Source of the DNA: a virus
DNA: 64,000 nt
IMG/VR virus record: IMGVR_UViG_3300008266_000033
Location: 1 to 64,000 of that record
Reading direction: 5' to 3' (one strand)
A program made the position numbers and the translations under genes. Within the stretch, counting starts at the first letter, position 1, and the number at the start of each line of letters is the position of its first letter. Under the pieces are notes generated by a model. That model had not been told where the DNA came from and did not search any database. It saw only the letters and a program-made list of their open reading frames with translations. Positions 61,431-64,000 of the stretch are shown here, in pieces.

Positions 61431-63155
61431 CTAACTTTCACATGCGACACAATCAGCCAATCTATCTAAATTATCCCCTCTTAATACACTTTCAGTACGT
61501 AAATAATATAGAGTTTTGATTCCTAAATTATGTGCTTCTTTATGTACTTGTGAAATCCATTTTGGTGTATCATTGGGATCAAAGCATAAATTCAATGAAA
61601 TAGCTTGATCAACATATTTTTGTCTAATAGCATTTTGACGAACTATTTCTAACTGATTAATTTCTTTAAATGTTTTAAAAATTTCTTTTTCTTCATCACT
61701 TAAAATATAATCAGGTAACCCGTACACTGAACCTTGATCTTTTAATATTTGACTCCAAACACTTTCAATATTATAACCTTTTTCTTCCAATAATTTTTCT
61801 AAAATAGGGTTTTTCTTAATGAATACCCCTTTTGCTGTTTTTAAATTATAAACATTAGCTGGAATAGGTTCAATTGAAGGCGAAACACCACCTGAAATAT
61901 GAGCATTTGATACTGTTGGGGCAATTGCTAAATGGTGAGTATGTCTTAAACCAGTACCTTTACACCATTCAGGTTCTCCATATTGTTCTGCTTGAGCACG
62001 AGATGCTTTAAGTGCTTCAGTATGGATAAATTCTGAGATGATTCTAGTTTGGGCACTTGCTTGAATACCTACAAATGGTAAGCCTTTTGATTGTAGGTAA
62101 GTATGCCATCCTAAAACACCAATTCCAATTGCTCTTCCTTTAATAGCAGAACGAACTGTGTTTTCCATGAATTTAATATTTTTAGCTCTGTCAATAAATT
62201 CTTGTAATACACCTTCCAAAAACCAACATGTTAGTTCAGGTAATGTCATTCCATTTTCAAACTTATAATCTTTCCATTCATCCCAACGAGCCAAATTTAA
62301 TGAAGATAAACAGCAAATAAATGAGTGTAATTCATCTGTGTAAAGTGAAATTTCACTACAAATATTAGTCATTGAAACTTTTAAATTGTTTTTCTTATAT
62401 GCTTCAGGATTGTTATTATTTACATTATCCTCAAACATAATATAAGGTTCACCTGTTTCAAGACGAGTTTTAAGTATTTCACCCCAAAGTCGTAAAGCTT
62501 TAGGATCTTTATCTTCTAATTTTTGCATAAATTCATCATCAATTACTACACACTGATGTAGATTTAAACATTGACGATTTACATCTCCTTTAGGACGACG
62601 AATCATTAAAAATTCTTCAATGTCTTGGTGATTGATATTTAAATTTACGGATGCTGCTCCTCTACGTACTGAACCTTGGTTAGTAGCAATAATTGTAGAA
62701 TCATAAATTTTAGCCCATGGAACTACCCCTTCACTTATACCATTATCTTTAATAGATTTACCTCTACCTCTAATACGAGATAATCCAATACCAACACCAC
62801 CACCTTGAGATGATAAACGCATTAATTCTGAATTAGCATCAGCAATACCTTCAATACTATCTCCAACATCAATCCCGAAGCATGAGATAGGCATTCCACG
62901 TTCAGTACCTAGATTTGATAGTACTGGAGATGCTAGACATAGCCAGTTTTTAACCATTGCTTCAAAGAAAAATGGTTGTAAATCTTTACGTCTTAAACGA
63001 CGTGCTGCTGCTTTACTTACTCGATTGAAAGCTCTAAACATATCTTCATCAGGGAGTAAATACCCTTTTGAAACCATAGAGATTCCTATTTCATCTAGCC
63101 ATTCAGGGTAATTCTTACCCTTGACCCATTTACTTGTGTCTATTTGTATACTCAT
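61431..63155 (-). CDS. nrdA: Ribonucleotide reductase class Ia alpha subunit
   Basis: PISCF, GGGVG, RRGA, TNICSEI, CCLSSLNL, AIAPT, KTLYYLR, C-terminal CVACE. Start probably MSIQ at 63155. Confidence 0.96.
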   Translation of the reverse strand: MSIQIDTSKWVKGKNYPEWLDEIGISMVSKGYLLPDEDMFRAFNRVSKAAARRLRRKDLQPFFFEAMVKNWLCLASPVLSNLGTERGMPISCFGIDVGDSIEGIADANSELMRLSSQGGGVGIGLSRIRGRGKSIKDNGISEGVVPWAKIYDSTIIATNQGSVRRGAASVNLNINHQDIEEFLMIRRPKGDVNRQCLNLHQCVVIDDEFMQKLEDKDPKALRLWGEILKTRLETGEPYIMFEDNVNNNNPEAYKKNNLKVSMTNICSEISLYTDELHSFICCLSSLNLARWDEWKDYKFENGMTLPELTCWFLEGVLQEFIDRAKNIKFMENTVRSAIKGRAIGIGVLGWHTYLQSKGLPFVGIQASAQTRIISEFIHTEALKASRAQAEQYGEPEWCKGTGLRHTHHLAIAPTVSNAHISGGVSPSIEPIPANVYNLKTAKGVFIKKNPILEKLLEEKGYNIESVWSQILKDQGSVYGLPDYILSDEEKEIFKTFKEINQLEIVRQNAIRQKYVDQAISLNLCFDPNDTPKWISQVHKEAHNLGIKTLYYLRTESVLRGDNLDRLADCVACES

Positions 63156-63169
63156 AATGTTTAAATGTT

Positions 63170-64000
63170 TTATAAATCTGTCCAATCTGCTGTTGATTTA
63201 GAGTAACTTGTTACTCTCCCAGCAAAGAAATCTTGATGTGTTTTACCACTTGTTAAATGACCAAACCATTCCATTTGTTTTAATAAATTGGGATCAATAT
63301 CATTATACAAAGGATTTAGTCCTAACTCAACCATTTTTTCATTAGCTCTTGCTTTAATGAAATTTTTTAACTGTTCTTTAGTTAAACCCTCAATATTACC
63401 CATTTCAAAAGCTTTATCAATAAAATCAAATTCTAGTTTTACTGATAGCTCACAGGCTTCATTGACTGATTTAATTAATTTCCAAGCATTTAATTCTGGT
63501 TTTTCTTCTAATAACTTTTTAAATAACCAGCAACCTGCTTTTGAATGTAAACTTTCATCTCTTACAGACCATTCAACTATTTGACCCATACCTTTCATTA
63601 AATTTCTAAGCTGAAATGACATTAAAATAGCAAATGAGGAAAATAGGTTTACTCCTTCTGTAAATGCTGAAAATACTGCTAATGAAATTGCTTTTTCTTC
63701 TAGTGTGTTTCCTGGGGTACTGATTAGTCGTTCTATTTTATTTTTAGAAACTTCATCTTCCATAAAGGCTTCAAAATTATCTAATCCTAAAGCCTCATTT
63801 AATAAGGAATATGCTTCTGCATGGATAGATTCAAATGAACCAAAAGTAACAGCCATGTGTTGAATTTCTGGTTTAGGAAACCAATGACTAACTTTAGAGC
63901 TCCAATAATCTTCTACATAGGTTTCAGTTTGAGCAAATGCTCTTAAAATATTACCTATTAGATTCTTTTCAGACTCATTTAATTTAAGTTTCCAATCATT
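63170..64000 (-). CDS. nrdB: Ribonucleotide reductase beta subunit, 5'-truncated by window edge
   Basis: Frame open to 64000 (…FAQTETYVEDYW…PKPEI…); ESIHAEAY, EGVNLFSSF, RDESLH, DFF. Confidence 0.95.
   Translation of the reverse strand, partial: NDWKLKLNESEKNLIGNILRAFAQTETYVEDYWSSKVSHWFPKPEIQHMAVTFGSFESIHAEAYSLLNEALGLDNFEAFMEDEVSKNKIERLISTPGNTLEEKAISLAVFSAFTEGVNLFSSFAILMSFQLRNLMKGMGQIVEWSVRDESLHSKAGCWLFKKLLEEKPELNAWKLIKSVNEACELSVKLEFDFIDKAFEMGNIEGLTKEQLKNFIKARANEKMVELGLNPLYNDIDPNLLKQMEWFGHLTSGKTHQDFFAGRVTSYSKSTADWTDL

Noticed and set aside
1401-63584. All plus-strand ORFs in the track (e.g. 1401, 3655, 11784, 33603, 46339, 50182, 63288) and nested minus ORFs (11915, 31079, 37384, 37798)
   Set aside because: Antisense or out-of-frame shadows of well-supported genes or tRNA; no recognisable motifs.
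1-64000. Stop-codon reassignment, as in some large phages
   Set aside because: Conserved genes are full-length in code 11 and end at TAA, TAG and TGA. The two broken genes involve frame changes, not in-frame stops.

Overview
This is an AT-rich, gene-dense 64-kb segment of a large (jumbo-type) dsDNA tailed phage. Nearly all real genes are on the minus strand and use the standard code. A Bacteroidota (Flavobacteria/Cytophaga-like) host is inferred from T9SS-type cargo genes, TAnnTTT-like promoters and AT-rich leaders without Shine-Dalgarno sites. From left to right: a tail-fibre-like gene running off the window edge; three adjacent ORFs (1795, 123, 500 aa) built from ~80-190-aa modules; a 2.8-kb control region (long direct and inverted repeats, a RadA-like ATPase, a candidate ~250-nt structured ncRNA, tRNA-Leu); small early genes and tRNA-Arg; an SprB-like adhesin with a broken T9SS CTD; mgsA and thyA; a ~14.5-kb glycosylation island including nadE; a T4-like replisome (PolB, clamp, clamp loaders) with GroEL/ES; a 7-deazaguanine pathway (folE, queD, frameshifted queE, queC, TGT/DpdA-like); an M15 endolysin; a trio of secreted T9SS-type proteins; and nrdAB. 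The best candidate for an undescribed system is the modular array. All 22 modules in the three ORFs, plus one in a distant ORF, begin with [hydrophobic]-x-E-I-K-[IV]-x-x-P (two variants, EIT and EIE). This resembles a T4 gp21-type prohead-protease site and suggests a capsid-packaged polyprotein that is cut into many small ejected effectors and evolves by module shuffling. All family assignments come from motif recognition by eye; no database searches were run.
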